Assembly (NCBI GenBank): GCA_041309505.1
Contig: JBFYZM010000195.1
Span: forward strand, 1-44,587
Length of the DNA: 44,587 nt
Direction: 5' to 3'
Source: Candidatus Krumholzibacteriota bacterium
GTDB lineage: Bacteria > Krumholzibacteriota > Krumholzibacteriia > Krumholzibacteriales > Krumholzibacteriaceae
Of this stretch, positions 26,418-35,031 are shown in pieces (position 1 is the stretch's first letter; each line of letters begins with the position of its first letter). Both the position numbers and the translations under genes were made by a program. The notes below the pieces were generated by a model. The model was not told the origin of the DNA and did not search any database. It saw only the letters and a list, made by a program, of their open reading frames with translations.

Positions 26418-28658
26418 TCACCACAGCGTGACCATCGCGTCCGCGATCGCGAGCACGCGGTTCACCGCGCCGATATCCGCCCGGTCAAAAACGACGCCCG
26501 CGAGGCATTCGGGAAAATCCTCCGAAGGTTGGCGCACGACGCGCGCGACGATCCCCGGGAGCGGGACGTTCCTGTCTCCGACGACGACTTCGACTTCCGC
26601 CCGGTCCCCTTCGGCCAGATTCTCGCGCGCGGCGAGGAGATACCCGCTCCGCGAGATGTTCCGGATCACTCCGTACGAGACGCCGCCCCCCTTCCCGTGG
26701 ACGACGGCCGGCAGATACACGCGGGCGCGGCGCGCCCGCGCCGTGCGCTGCGGTCTCGGTCCGCGCCGGCTCTCGATGTACGTGAGGTACCGCGTCGCGT
26801 ACCCGGCGAGGAACTTCGAAACGGCGGATTCGTGGAGATAGCGCGACATCACATCCACCTCGCCCGAAGCCCCCGTGACGGCGACGCCGGCGCGCGCGAT
26901 CACGTCCGTTCCCGAGCTCACCGTCTTCACGTGCCTGACGTGCCCCTTGCAGGCGAGCGTCTTGCGCGGGAGCATGATCTCGAGCTCGAGATCGCAGTCG
27001 GCGGGGATCGGCCCCGCGGCGACGAGCGATATGCCGGTCTCCGTCGCGTCATCCGCCGCGGCGACCCGGCGTACCGGTTTCCCGCCGTCGCGATAGGAGA
27101 AGAAGACGGGAACCGCGTCCTCGATGCGGAAATCTCCTCTCCGCTGATAGAATTTCGATCTCGCAAAGAGAATGATCGCCACGGCGAGCCCGCTGTTGAA
27201 AAGCGCCCAGAGGCTGTTCACCGCGATGATGAACTCGTCGCCGCGCAAGCCCAGCAGAAGCTGGAATATCGCCCATATAATCGCGATGACGCTCCCCGCG
27301 AACACGAGCGCCTGCGGGACGACGAGCGGGTACGGGGTCGATGTCTCCAACCCCTTCGGCGTCACCTTGAACTGTCTCGCCCGGCGCGGGAGAAACAGGG
27401 AAAAGAACGATTCGAGATAGGTGAAGAACTTGCCCATGCTGAACTGCTCGAGCAGGAGATACCCCGCATATCCCCGTCCCATCTCGTTGAAGGCGAAGAG
27501 CGAGAGCGCATAGTACGGAACGAAGTGAAGGAGATACGTGATGTCGATGGCGTTCATCGGAAGAATGCCGGTGAAGAGCACGATCGGGGGAGTCACGTAG
27601 AAAACGAGCTTCTGGAATCCCTCGATCGGATAGATGAGGCTCCCGAGGTAGCAGAGCCGCTGCGGAAAGCTGAGCCCCCGCACGAAGAACGGATTCGCCT
27701 TGAAGAATACCTGCCAGCCCCCGAGCCCCCACCGCTTCCGCTGAATATGGAACGGATTGATCGTCTCGGCCGCGAGACCGTAGGCGAGCCCTTCGTTGTG
27801 ATAGACGGACGACCATCCCTTCGCGTGGATGCGGATCGAAGTCAGCATGTCCTCCGTAATAGAGCTCGTCGCGAAGCCGTCGACGTCGTCGAGCGCCGCG
27901 CGCCTCATGAGGGTGCAGCTTCCGACGAAGTAGGCCGCGTTCCAGCGGTCGCGCCCCGGCTGGATGAGGTTGTAGAAGAGCCCCTGCTCGGTCCAGACGT
28001 ACTTCTTTTCGTGGTCGGCGCGGTGCTGGAACGAGTCGATGTTGTAGAACTCCTGCGGCGCCTGGGCGAAGGCGACCTTCTCGTCCTTGAAATAGCCGAT
28101 GAGGCGATCTATGAAATACGGAAGCGGCGCGTGGTCCGCGTCGAAGATGGCGACGAACTCGGCGGTCGAATGCTTCAGCCCGAAGTTGACGTTGCCCGCC
28201 TTCGCGTGCTCGTGGCTCTCCCGCGCGAGGTAGACGCACCCGAGCTCCTCGCAGAGCGCCTTGACCTCGGGACGGTTCCCGTCGTCGAGGAGAAGAGTCC
28301 GGTGCGGATACTTGAGATCGTTGCAGGCGAGGAGCGTTTTCCGCAGAATGGACACCGGCTCGTTCTTCGTCGGGATGAGGACGTCGACGGTGCGTCCGGG
28401 AAGCGGTTCGAGAGCGACGCGCGACAGGGGGCGCCATACCGCAAAGAAGAAAAGAAAGGTCGTCAACGTGCCGAAGCATTCCGCGACGAAGAGCGCCCAC
28501 GAGAAGAAGAGCGCCGATTCGTTGAAAGTCGCCGTGACCCTCCAATAGAGGTAATAGAGGGTCACGATCATGGAGGCGACGGCGACGACGCGGCGAAGTC
28601 CCTCCCCTTTGAGATTTTTAAAATCTTCCACCAATCTACCTTCCTTGTGTGAAGGCAT
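26418..28658 (-). CDS. Processive GT2 synthase (cellulose-synthase-like) with two C-terminal PilZ domains
   Basis: GT2 blocks are VDVLIPTKNEP, LLLDDGNRPE, AKAGNVNFGL, IFDADHAP, TEDMLTSIRIHAKGW and QRKRWGLGGWQ (QxxRW). PilZ-1 has RGDFR plus DATETG. PilZ-2 has an Arg-rich RTARARRARV plus NISRSG. Confidence 0.85.
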   Translation of the reverse strand: MPSHKEGRLVEDFKNLKGEGLRRVVAVASMIVTLYYLYWRVTATFNESALFFSWALFVAECFGTLTTFLFFFAVWRPLSRVALEPLPGRTVDVLIPTKNEPVSILRKTLLACNDLKYPHRTLLLDDGNRPEVKALCEELGCVYLARESHEHAKAGNVNFGLKHSTAEFVAIFDADHAPLPYFIDRLIGYFKDEKVAFAQAPQEFYNIDSFQHRADHEKKYVWTEQGLFYNLIQPGRDRWNAAYFVGSCTLMRRAALDDVDGFATSSITEDMLTSIRIHAKGWSSVYHNEGLAYGLAAETINPFHIQRKRWGLGGWQVFFKANPFFVRGLSFPQRLCYLGSLIYPIEGFQKLVFYVTPPIVLFTGILPMNAIDITYLLHFVPYYALSLFAFNEMGRGYAGYLLLEQFSMGKFFTYLESFFSLFLPRRARQFKVTPKGLETSTPYPLVVPQALVFAGSVIAIIWAIFQLLLGLRGDEFIIAVNSLWALFNSGLAVAIILFARSKFYQRRGDFRIEDAVPVFFSYRDGGKPVRRVAAADDATETGISLVAAGPIPADCDLELEIMLPRKTLACKGHVRHVKTVSSGTDVIARAGVAVTGASGEVDVMSRYLHESAVSKFLAGYATRYLTYIESRRGPRPQRTARARRARVYLPAVVHGKGGGVSYGVIRNISRSGYLLAARENLAEGDRAEVEVVVGDRNVPLPGIVARVVRQPSEDFPECLAGVVFDRADIGAVNRVLAIADAMVTLW

Positions 28659-28819
28659 CGTTCATGCAGCGAGAGCGAAGTGCCGTGTGGCGCTGAATAC
28701 GATCGACCATAGCACGGCCGAAACCATACCTTCAACCCTCGAAAACCGACCCTTTATGGAAGAACCGTACCAACCGGAGGAGGAAACGCGCAATTATTTG
28801 AAATTAATACAAATAGAAA

Positions 28820-28843
28820 GGGGCCCGGCGCGGCCCGGGCCCC
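28820..28843 (-). terminator. Rho-independent terminator of the flavin-reductase-like gene
   Basis: GGGGCCCGG-cgcggc-CCGGGCCCC is a 9-bp GC stem. On the minus strand it is followed by TTTCTATTTGTATTAATTT. Confidence 0.6.
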
Positions 28844-28874
28844 AACGAATCTCGGAGCGGACGCTCTCCCGCGG

Positions 28875-29540
28875 CTACTTCTTGAGCCCTTTCCCCTCTT
28901 CCTTGCCGTCGCCGATAGAAGCGCCGATACCATAGAAATCGGCGTTCCCCGGAGCGAAGACGAACGGCTTGAGCTTCGCGACGTCGGGCATGCCGTTCGC
29001 GCCGAGAACAGACTCATCCGCCTTCACGTCGACGATCTCGCCGATGAACATCGTATGCAAGCCGAGCTCGATCGTCTTCACGAGCTTGCATTCGAGCACG
29101 AGCGGGAATTCCTTGATGTAGGGCGCGTTGACGAGCTCGCTCTTCACGGGCGTGAGACCGCTCGCCGCAAACTTGTCGACGTCCTTTCCCGAAACGCTGC
29201 CGTAATAGGCCGCTTCCTTCACGAATTCCTCGGAAGGGACGTTGACCGTGAACGCCTCGCTCGCCATGATGCTGCCGTACGTGTAGGTCGCCTTCCTGAG
29301 CGAGACGGTCACCATCGGGGGCTGCGAGCAGCAGATGGCCGCCCACGATGCCGTCATCACGTTCGGTTTTCCCGCCGCGTCGTAGGAGCCGATGACCCAC
29401 ACGGGGCACGGCTGCGCGATCGTTTTCGCGCCGAGCGACTTCATCGCTCCGCCGCCGGCCGTTTCCCCGGCGGCGAGCGGGGCCGCCGCGAGGACAATCG
29501 CGCACGCGAGCAGCGACGTCACGGCATGAGAAAAACGCAT
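28875..29540 (-). CDS. Flavin reductase-like (FMN-binding split-barrel) protein with N-terminal signal peptide
   Basis: The core PVWVIGSYDAAGKPNVMTASWAAICCSQPPMVTVSLRK...FTVNVPSEE...VNAPYIKEFPLVLECKL resembles the Flavin_Reduct domain. ATG 29540 has AGGAGG 5 nt upstream. The N-terminus is MRFSHAVTSLLACAIVLAAAPLAAGE. Confidence 0.75.
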   Translation of the reverse strand: MRFSHAVTSLLACAIVLAAAPLAAGETAGGGAMKSLGAKTIAQPCPVWVIGSYDAAGKPNVMTASWAAICCSQPPMVTVSLRKATYTYGSIMASEAFTVNVPSEEFVKEAAYYGSVSGKDVDKFAASGLTPVKSELVNAPYIKEFPLVLECKLVKTIELGLHTMFIGEIVDVKADESVLGANGMPDVAKLKPFVFAPGNADFYGIGASIGDGKEEGKGLKK

Positions 29541-29583
29541 ACCATCCTCCTCTCTCGTCGCCGAGGCGCCCGGAAGCGCCCGT

Positions 29584-32313
29584 TTACTTGACGCTCGCGA
29601 GATCGATCGCGATCGTCCCTCCGCCCATCTGCGGCGGCAGCTCGAACGTGCCGCGGATCATGCAGCGCTCCTTCTCGCTCACGTAGATCCTCGATGCGCC
29701 CGATTCGTCCCCGATCGGCCTGATCTCGACGTTGAAGCACGCATAGGTCCCGGCGGGCACGGTGACGCTTTCCGTGCCGACGACCTTGAGCGACATCGAA
29801 CGCGTCTTCTGCATCTGGAAATCGAACACGCGGAGCGTCGTCTCGTATCCCGCCGCGAGCGGGAGCGCGCCGATGATCGTCTCGAGCGATGAGCCGTCCC
29901 CGAAGGCGGGGGCCGCAAGCGCGACGTCGATCGGCATTTCCTGAGCGCCCATTCGCACGGCGCCCTTGACCGTTGTCCCGGTGAAGTTGATGACAACCGT
30001 CGCGGTGCCCTGACGGACGCCCCAGCGAATCGGCATGAGGGTCGTCGCGTCGAGGTCGAACGTATCGACCGCGCTCTCCCCGCCGCTCGACTGGCTCGTC
30101 GCGACGCGCCACGTCGCCGCGCCCCCCAGCGAACCCTTCACGAGGCTCCGGACGATGTCAATGGGCACTTCCTGGCCGCCGGCGCGGACGTTCCCTTTGT
30201 ACGCGAGGGTCATCGGCTTGAGGAGACTCGCGTCCACCGCGGGCAGCGGCGCCGCCACGGCGTCGTCCGCGGCCTTCGGAGGAGCGGCGAGAACGACCGT
30301 CTTCACATCGACCGTGAGAGCGTCGAGCCGGGTCCGCACCTTCTCGTTCATGGTCTCCTGGTAACGCCCGCCGAGATGCTTCGCGAGGAACTTCTCGGCG
30401 GCCACGGAGAAGGCCGTCCGGTTATCGACTCCCGCGAAACCGTGCCCTTCGTCCGGCGCGACGATATACTCGACGTCGCGGCCGAGGTCCCTGAGCGCGA
30501 CGACGATCTGATCCGATTCGGCCTTCTTCACGCGCGGATCGTTCGCCCCCTGCACGACGAGGAGCGGCGCCTTGATCTTTTCGGCGGAGAAGAGCGGCGA
30601 CTGGCGTTTGAGCATCTCGGCGTCCTCGGGCTTCGACGGATCGCCGACGCGCTCGTTGAATACCGTCTTCAGAACGGCCCAGTAGGGCGGGATCGAGTTC
30701 AGGAGCGTGATGATGTTCGAGGGTCCCACGTACGAGATGCCCGCGGCATAGAGATCCGGCGTGAACGCGAGTCCGGCGAGCGTGGCGTACCCGCCGTACG
30801 AGCCGCCGAAGATCGCGATCTGTTTCGGATCGGCGATCCCCTTCTTGACGAGATACGCGACACCGTCCGTGATGTCGTTCTGCATCGCGTCTCCCCACTG
30901 CTTGTTGCCGGCGTTGAGAAACGCCTTGCCGTAGCCGGTCGAGCCGCGGAAGTTCATCTGAAACACCGCATAGCCGCGGTTCGCGAAGAACTGCGAGTAC
31001 GGATCGTAACCCCATTCGTCGCGCGACCAGGGGCCGCCGTGCACCATGCAGAGAACGGGAAGGTTCTTCTCCTTGACCCCTTTCGGCACGGTGAGATAAC
31101 CGTGAATATCGAGGCCGTCGCGGCTCTTGTACACGATCGGCTTCATCGGGGCGAGATCCTTCGAGGGAAGATCCGGATACGGCCGGTACAGGAGCTCGGC
31201 CTTGCCTGTCGCGCGCGTGTAGAGATAGGTCGCCCCCGGATCGACGTCGCTCGTGACGCCGACGAGCCACAGGCGCTCGTCGCTCGTCGAGGAGCCGAGA
31301 TACACGTCGCCTTCGGGAAGCTGCTTCTGAATGCGCCGGTAATCCTTCTCCCATTCCTTGTCCCGGAAATAGACGCGAAGCCTGTCGCCCACGTAATAGG
31401 TCGCGACGAGCTCGTCCGTTTCCTGCGAGAACTCGGCGCCGCCGAAATCGACCTGATTCAGGGGATCGGCCTCGACGAGCTCTTCCTTGAGCGTCGCCGG
31501 ATCGAAGAGGATGAGGCGCTGGAAATTGATCTCCTTCCCCTTGTCCGACGCCAGGTACACGCGCTGTCCGTCCTTGTGGAAGCGGATCGGGTCGACCGTC
31601 TCGTCCTTGCTGCACGAATAGACGACGATCGCCGTGTCGGGATCGACGCGGAGGATCTCGGTGCCGCCGTCGGCGGTCTGCTTCGACGCGAGCCTGAGGA
31701 TGCCCTGGATGTCGAAAATCCAACTCGAGATCTCGTTGTCGTTTTGCTTCACGAGCGTCCGCTCGCCCGTCGCGATATCGAGCCGGTACGCGTCATGGTA
31801 GCGTTCGTCGCGGTCGTTGAGCCCCACGAAGATGGCGCCGGGCATACCCTTCGGCAGCGCGTATATGGTCGCCGCGACTTTCTCGTACGGGGTGAGATCG
31901 CGCGGCGGAGGCACATCCTGGCCCGCTTCGAGCTTCGCTCTCGGATCCACCGCGTAGACATGGTAGTTCTCGTCTCCGCCCTTATCCTGGATGTAGAGGA
32001 TGTACTTGCCGTCCCGGGTCCAGAAATATCCGCGCACGGGGCGCGTCGTATCGGCCGTCACGGGACGCGCCGCGGCGAAAGGCTCGCTCGCGCCCTTGAC
32101 CCAGATATTCAGGACGTTTTTATACGGTTTGAGGAACGAAATGTGCGAGCCGTCGGGGGAAAGCTGACCGCTCGCGATCTGCGGATCGCCGAAGAGCACG
32201 TCGCGATCGATGATCGGCGGGAGCTTCGCGAGATACTCCCGGTCGATCGCCGCACCCGCGATGCCGGTCAGCACGAGGAGCGCCGCCAGCGTGAAAAGCA
32301 CTCTCTTCATCAT
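29584..32313 (-). CDS. Secreted S9-family prolyl oligopeptidase/dipeptidyl peptidase with an extra C-terminal domain of about 255 aa
   Basis: Start at [22 protein letters not shown] (32313). An N-terminal beta-propeller region is followed by [11 protein letters not shown] (Ser), [10 protein letters not shown] (Asp) and PDEGHGF (His). The sequence continues about 255 aa past the usual end. Confidence 0.9.
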   Translation of the reverse strand: MMKRVLFTLAALLVLTGIAGAAIDREYLAKLPPIIDRDVLFGDPQIASGQLSPDGSHISFLKPYKNVLNIWVKGASEPFAAARPVTADTTRPVRGYFWTRDGKYILYIQDKGGDENYHVYAVDPRAKLEAGQDVPPPRDLTPYEKVAATIYALPKGMPGAIFVGLNDRDERYHDAYRLDIATGERTLVKQNDNEISSWIFDIQGILRLASKQTADGGTEILRVDPDTAIVVYSCSKDETVDPIRFHKDGQRVYLASDKGKEINFQRLILFDPATLKEELVEADPLNQVDFGGAEFSQETDELVATYYVGDRLRVYFRDKEWEKDYRRIQKQLPEGDVYLGSSTSDERLWLVGVTSDVDPGATYLYTRATGKAELLYRPYPDLPSKDLAPMKPIVYKSRDGLDIHGYLTVPKGVKEKNLPVLCMVHGGPWSRDEWGYDPYSQFFANRGYAVFQMNFRGSTGYGKAFLNAGNKQWGDAMQNDITDGVAYLVKKGIADPKQIAIFGGSYGGYATLAGLAFTPDLYAAGISYVGPSNIITLLNSIPPYWAVLKTVFNERVGDPSKPEDAEMLKRQSPLFSAEKIKAPLLVVQGANDPRVKKAESDQIVVALRDLGRDVEYIVAPDEGHGFAGVDNRTAFSVAAEKFLAKHLGGRYQETMNEKVRTRLDALTVDVKTVVLAAPPKAADDAVAAPLPAVDASLLKPMTLAYKGNVRAGGQEVPIDIVRSLVKGSLGGAATWRVATSQSSGGESAVDTFDLDATTLMPIRWGVRQGTATVVINFTGTTVKGAVRMGAQEMPIDVALAAPAFGDGSSLETIIGALPLAAGYETTLRVFDFQMQKTRSMSLKVVGTESVTVPAGTYACFNVEIRPIGDESGASRIYVSEKERCMIRGTFELPPQMGGGTIAIDLASVK

Positions 32314-32457
32314 CGAATACCCTCCTTGGTAGAGAAACGGGCGGATTTTAAACCCGGCCGACGGCAAAAGCAACCGCTAAATACCTCCGGCCCTGCCCCC
32401 CGCTGCGACTCACATTCCATATTGCGGGAGCGAGACGATCTGTTTTATGCTGACGAC

Positions 32458-33069
32458 ATGAAACACAAATACCTCTATTGTGCGATCTCCGTAAGCGGCG
32501 CTTCGGTGCTCGCGATCGAAATCCTCGGCACGAGAATTATCGGCCCGTATTATGGAGTGAACCTCTTTCTCTGGTCGGCGCTCATCAGCGTTACGCTCGC
32601 CGCGCTCAGCATAGGATACGTCATCGGCGGAAAGTGGGCCGACCGAAAACCTGCGTTTTCGCGCTTCGCATGGATCCTCATCGCGGCCGGCATCTGGATC
32701 GCCCTCGTCCCGCTCATGAAAGGATCCATCGCAGCCGCGGCGAGGCCCGCCGGGCCTCGAGCCGCGCTGCTGATCGCCTCCTTCGTGCTGTTCTTCCCTC
32801 CGCTCGCCGTGCTCGGCATGGTGAGCCCGTACGCATTGAGGCTCCGGGCGCGAACAATCGGAGATGTCGGCCGCTCGGCCGGCGATCTCTACGCGATCTC
32901 GACGCTCGCGAGCGTCGCGGCGGCGCTCCTCACCGGTTTCTTACTCATTCCGAGCTTCGGCGTGAGCGGCCTGACCGCGGCCATCGGAATCGTTCTCGCG
33001 GCGACCGGGATAGTCGGCCTTGCCGCGGCCGCCGTCAAGCGTCCCGGCCTCGCGGGAGGCGATGCATGA
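32458..33069 (+). CDS. Stand-alone membrane module, paralogous to the N-terminus of the next gene
   Basis: Only the last 203 codons of track ORF 30376..33069 are credible: MKHKYLYCAISVSGASVLAIEILGTRIIGPYYGVNLFLWSALISVTLAALSIGYVIGGKWADR... This aligns residue-for-residue with the N-terminus of 33066..34586. Its stop overlaps the next start (ATGA). Confidence 0.7.
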   Translation: MKHKYLYCAISVSGASVLAIEILGTRIIGPYYGVNLFLWSALISVTLAALSIGYVIGGKWADRKPAFSRFAWILIAAGIWIALVPLMKGSIAAAARPAGPRAALLIASFVLFFPPLAVLGMVSPYALRLRARTIGDVGRSAGDLYAISTLASVAAALLTGFLLIPSFGVSGLTAAIGIVLAATGIVGLAAAAVKRPGLAGGDA

Positions 33070-34586
33070 ACAAGCGCCGCTATATCGGTCTCGCCGTCAT
33101 CGTGAGCGGCGGCGCCGTCCTCGCCGTCGAGATTCTGGGGACGCGACTTATCGGGCCGTTCTACGGGACGAGCCTCTACCTCTGGTCCGCCCTGATCGGC
33201 GTCACGCTCGGCGCGCTCAGCCTCGGATACGTGCTCGGCGGACGGCTCGCCGATCGCGGACCACGGCTCGGCATGTTCGCCGCGCTGATCGCCGGCGCGG
33301 GACTCTGGATCGCCGCGATCCCATGGCTCCGGTACCCGATGCTCGCCGGCGCCGAACCGTTGGGGCTTCGAACCGCCGTGCTCTTCGCGGCCGTGGTCCT
33401 CTTCTTCGCGCCGTTCACGCTGCTGGGAATGACGACCCCGTACGCCGTTCGCCTGAGAGCGGCGAGCGTCGAGACCGCCGGGCGGGCGGCGGGTGAGAGC
33501 TACGCGCTCTCGACGGTCGCGAGCCTCGCCGCCGCGCTTCTCACGGGCTTCATCCTGATTCCACTGACCGGCGCGAGCCGGCTCGCTTTCCTGACCGGCG
33601 CCGCGCTCATCGTCACCGCGCTCGCCGGACCCGCGCGGTCGAAAGGGAGAGGTATTCCCGCCATGGTCGCGATCGCCACCGTCGTCGCGGCAGCCGTTTT
33701 CACGGCTCCCGGCGGGCGGCCGAATCCGGACACGGGTCTCGTCGCCGTCGTCGAGAGCCCCTACGCGGAGATCCGTGTCGTCGACGGAGACGGCACGCGC
33801 CTCATGCTCATCGACGGCATGGTGCACGCAGAAATCGACACGATGACAATGGATTCTCCCCCGTCATACATCGACGTGCTCGAGCTGGCGGCGGATTTCT
33901 ACGAATATCCCGGCACGACGCTGCTCGTCGGGCTCGGGGGAGGCACACTCGCGAATCGGTTCACCCGGAAGGGTTGGAACGTCGACGTCGTCGAGATCGA
34001 TCCGGAAGTGACGCGTGTCGCGGAGGACTACTTCGGATTTCAGCCCTCCCATGCGCGGATATTTCATCGGGACGGCCGCGAATTCATGATCGAGCACGAC
34101 GAGAAGTACGACCTCATCATCCTGGACGCCTTCGGCAGCAGCTCGATCCCCTTTCATCTCGTCACAAGGGAAGCGTTCGCCCTGTGCAAGGCCCGGCTCG
34201 CCCCGGGCGGAGTGCTCGCGCTGAACGTCATCGCCGTCGGCTGGCGCGACAAGCTCGTGCGTTCGCTCGCCGCTACGCTGCGGCAGGAGTTCTCGAAAGT
34301 GCTCGTTCTCCCCATGGCGGAGCCGCCGGATCAGATCGGGAATCTGACCCTGCTCGCGTCGAACGAAGATCTCGAGATCAAGCGAGAGCCGCCGGTGCCG
34401 ACGGACCGCTTCTCCGCCGAGTACAACCGGGCTCACGCCTGGGACAACCGCTTCGAGATAGACCCGACCGGCGAGCGGGTGATCACCGACGACCGGAATC
34501 CGGTCGACCTCTGGGCCGAGCGCATCAATCTGGCGAACAGGAAGGTACTGCACGAATATTTCGGATCGCGCGGGATCGGGTGGTGA
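33066..34586 (+). CDS. Fused membrane module / spermidine-synthase-like (class I MTase fold) protein
   Basis: The N-terminal part of about 200 aa is polytopic (GGAVLAVEILGTRLIGPFYGTSLYLWSALIGVTLGALSLGYVLGGRLADR). The C-terminal part has YAEIRVVD, LLVGLGGGTLA, VDVVEIDPEV and DLIILDAFGSSSIPFHLVTREAF, which is spermidine-synthase-like. Confidence 0.8.
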   Translation: MNKRRYIGLAVIVSGGAVLAVEILGTRLIGPFYGTSLYLWSALIGVTLGALSLGYVLGGRLADRGPRLGMFAALIAGAGLWIAAIPWLRYPMLAGAEPLGLRTAVLFAAVVLFFAPFTLLGMTTPYAVRLRAASVETAGRAAGESYALSTVASLAAALLTGFILIPLTGASRLAFLTGAALIVTALAGPARSKGRGIPAMVAIATVVAAAVFTAPGGRPNPDTGLVAVVESPYAEIRVVDGDGTRLMLIDGMVHAEIDTMTMDSPPSYIDVLELAADFYEYPGTTLLVGLGGGTLANRFTRKGWNVDVVEIDPEVTRVAEDYFGFQPSHARIFHRDGREFMIEHDEKYDLIILDAFGSSSIPFHLVTREAFALCKARLAPGGVLALNVIAVGWRDKLVRSLAATLRQEFSKVLVLPMAEPPDQIGNLTLLASNEDLEIKREPPVPTDRFSAEYNRAHAWDNRFEIDPTGERVITDDRNPVDLWAERINLANRKVLHEYFGSRGIGW

Positions 34587-34617
34587 GGCGGGCGCCGGGC
34601 GAGCGGCCGCCCTTCTC

Positions 34618-34944
34618 TCAGAGCGGCTTGATTACCCCGGAAACCACGACATCGACCGGATGCCCCTCCAAAATCTTCGGGATCTTCCGGCGCAGCTCGC
34701 GTGTCCCTTCGACAACGAGCACCTGAATGCAGGGAGTGCCGTCCTTGAGCTCTCCGATCGCCACTCCCACGACGCCGGGAATCGCCATGAGCTCGTCGAC
34801 ATGAGCCTCCATCACTGGCGTGATATCGCGGCTTGGTGTCGACGATCCGCTCCCGTTTCCCGATCGGCAGCCGATCAGAATCGAAGACAGCACAAGCAGA
34901 GACAGCCTGCACGCCGCGGCAAACGAACCCCCGAATATTTTCAT
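34618..34944 (-). CDS. Small lipoprotein homologous to the pro-region of the adjacent S1 protease
   Basis: Lipobox is LSSILIGC. ELMAIPGVVGVAIGELKDGTPCIQVLVVEG...VDVVVSGVIKPL aligns with KLMADPDVIGTATTIGEDGKPAIMVLVLTE...VNTVVVLTDRIVAM of the 35032..36132 product. Confidence 0.65.
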   Translation of the reverse strand: MKIFGGSFAAACRLSLLVLSSILIGCRSGNGSGSSTPSRDITPVMEAHVDELMAIPGVVGVAIGELKDGTPCIQVLVVEGTRELRRKIPKILEGHPVDVVVSGVIKPL

Positions 34945-35031
34945 CGCGTGCTCCCTCAGGAAAATGCCCGCCCCCGGATCGGTCCGGGGACGGGCATATG
35001 AAACGGATCGAAGCGCTTGGCGCTCGACCGA

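Noticed and set aside
24992-28652. 479-aa and 707-aa plus-strand ORFs
   Set aside because: They are antisense to the GT-C and GT2-PilZ genes. They have extreme Arg/Glu/Asp/His content and no hydrophobic core pattern.
30376-32457. N-terminal ~690 aa of the 897-aa plus-strand ORF 30376..33069
   Set aside because: This part is antisense to the S9 peptidase. Only the last 203 codons (from ATG 32458) have membrane-protein character and homology to the neighbouring gene.
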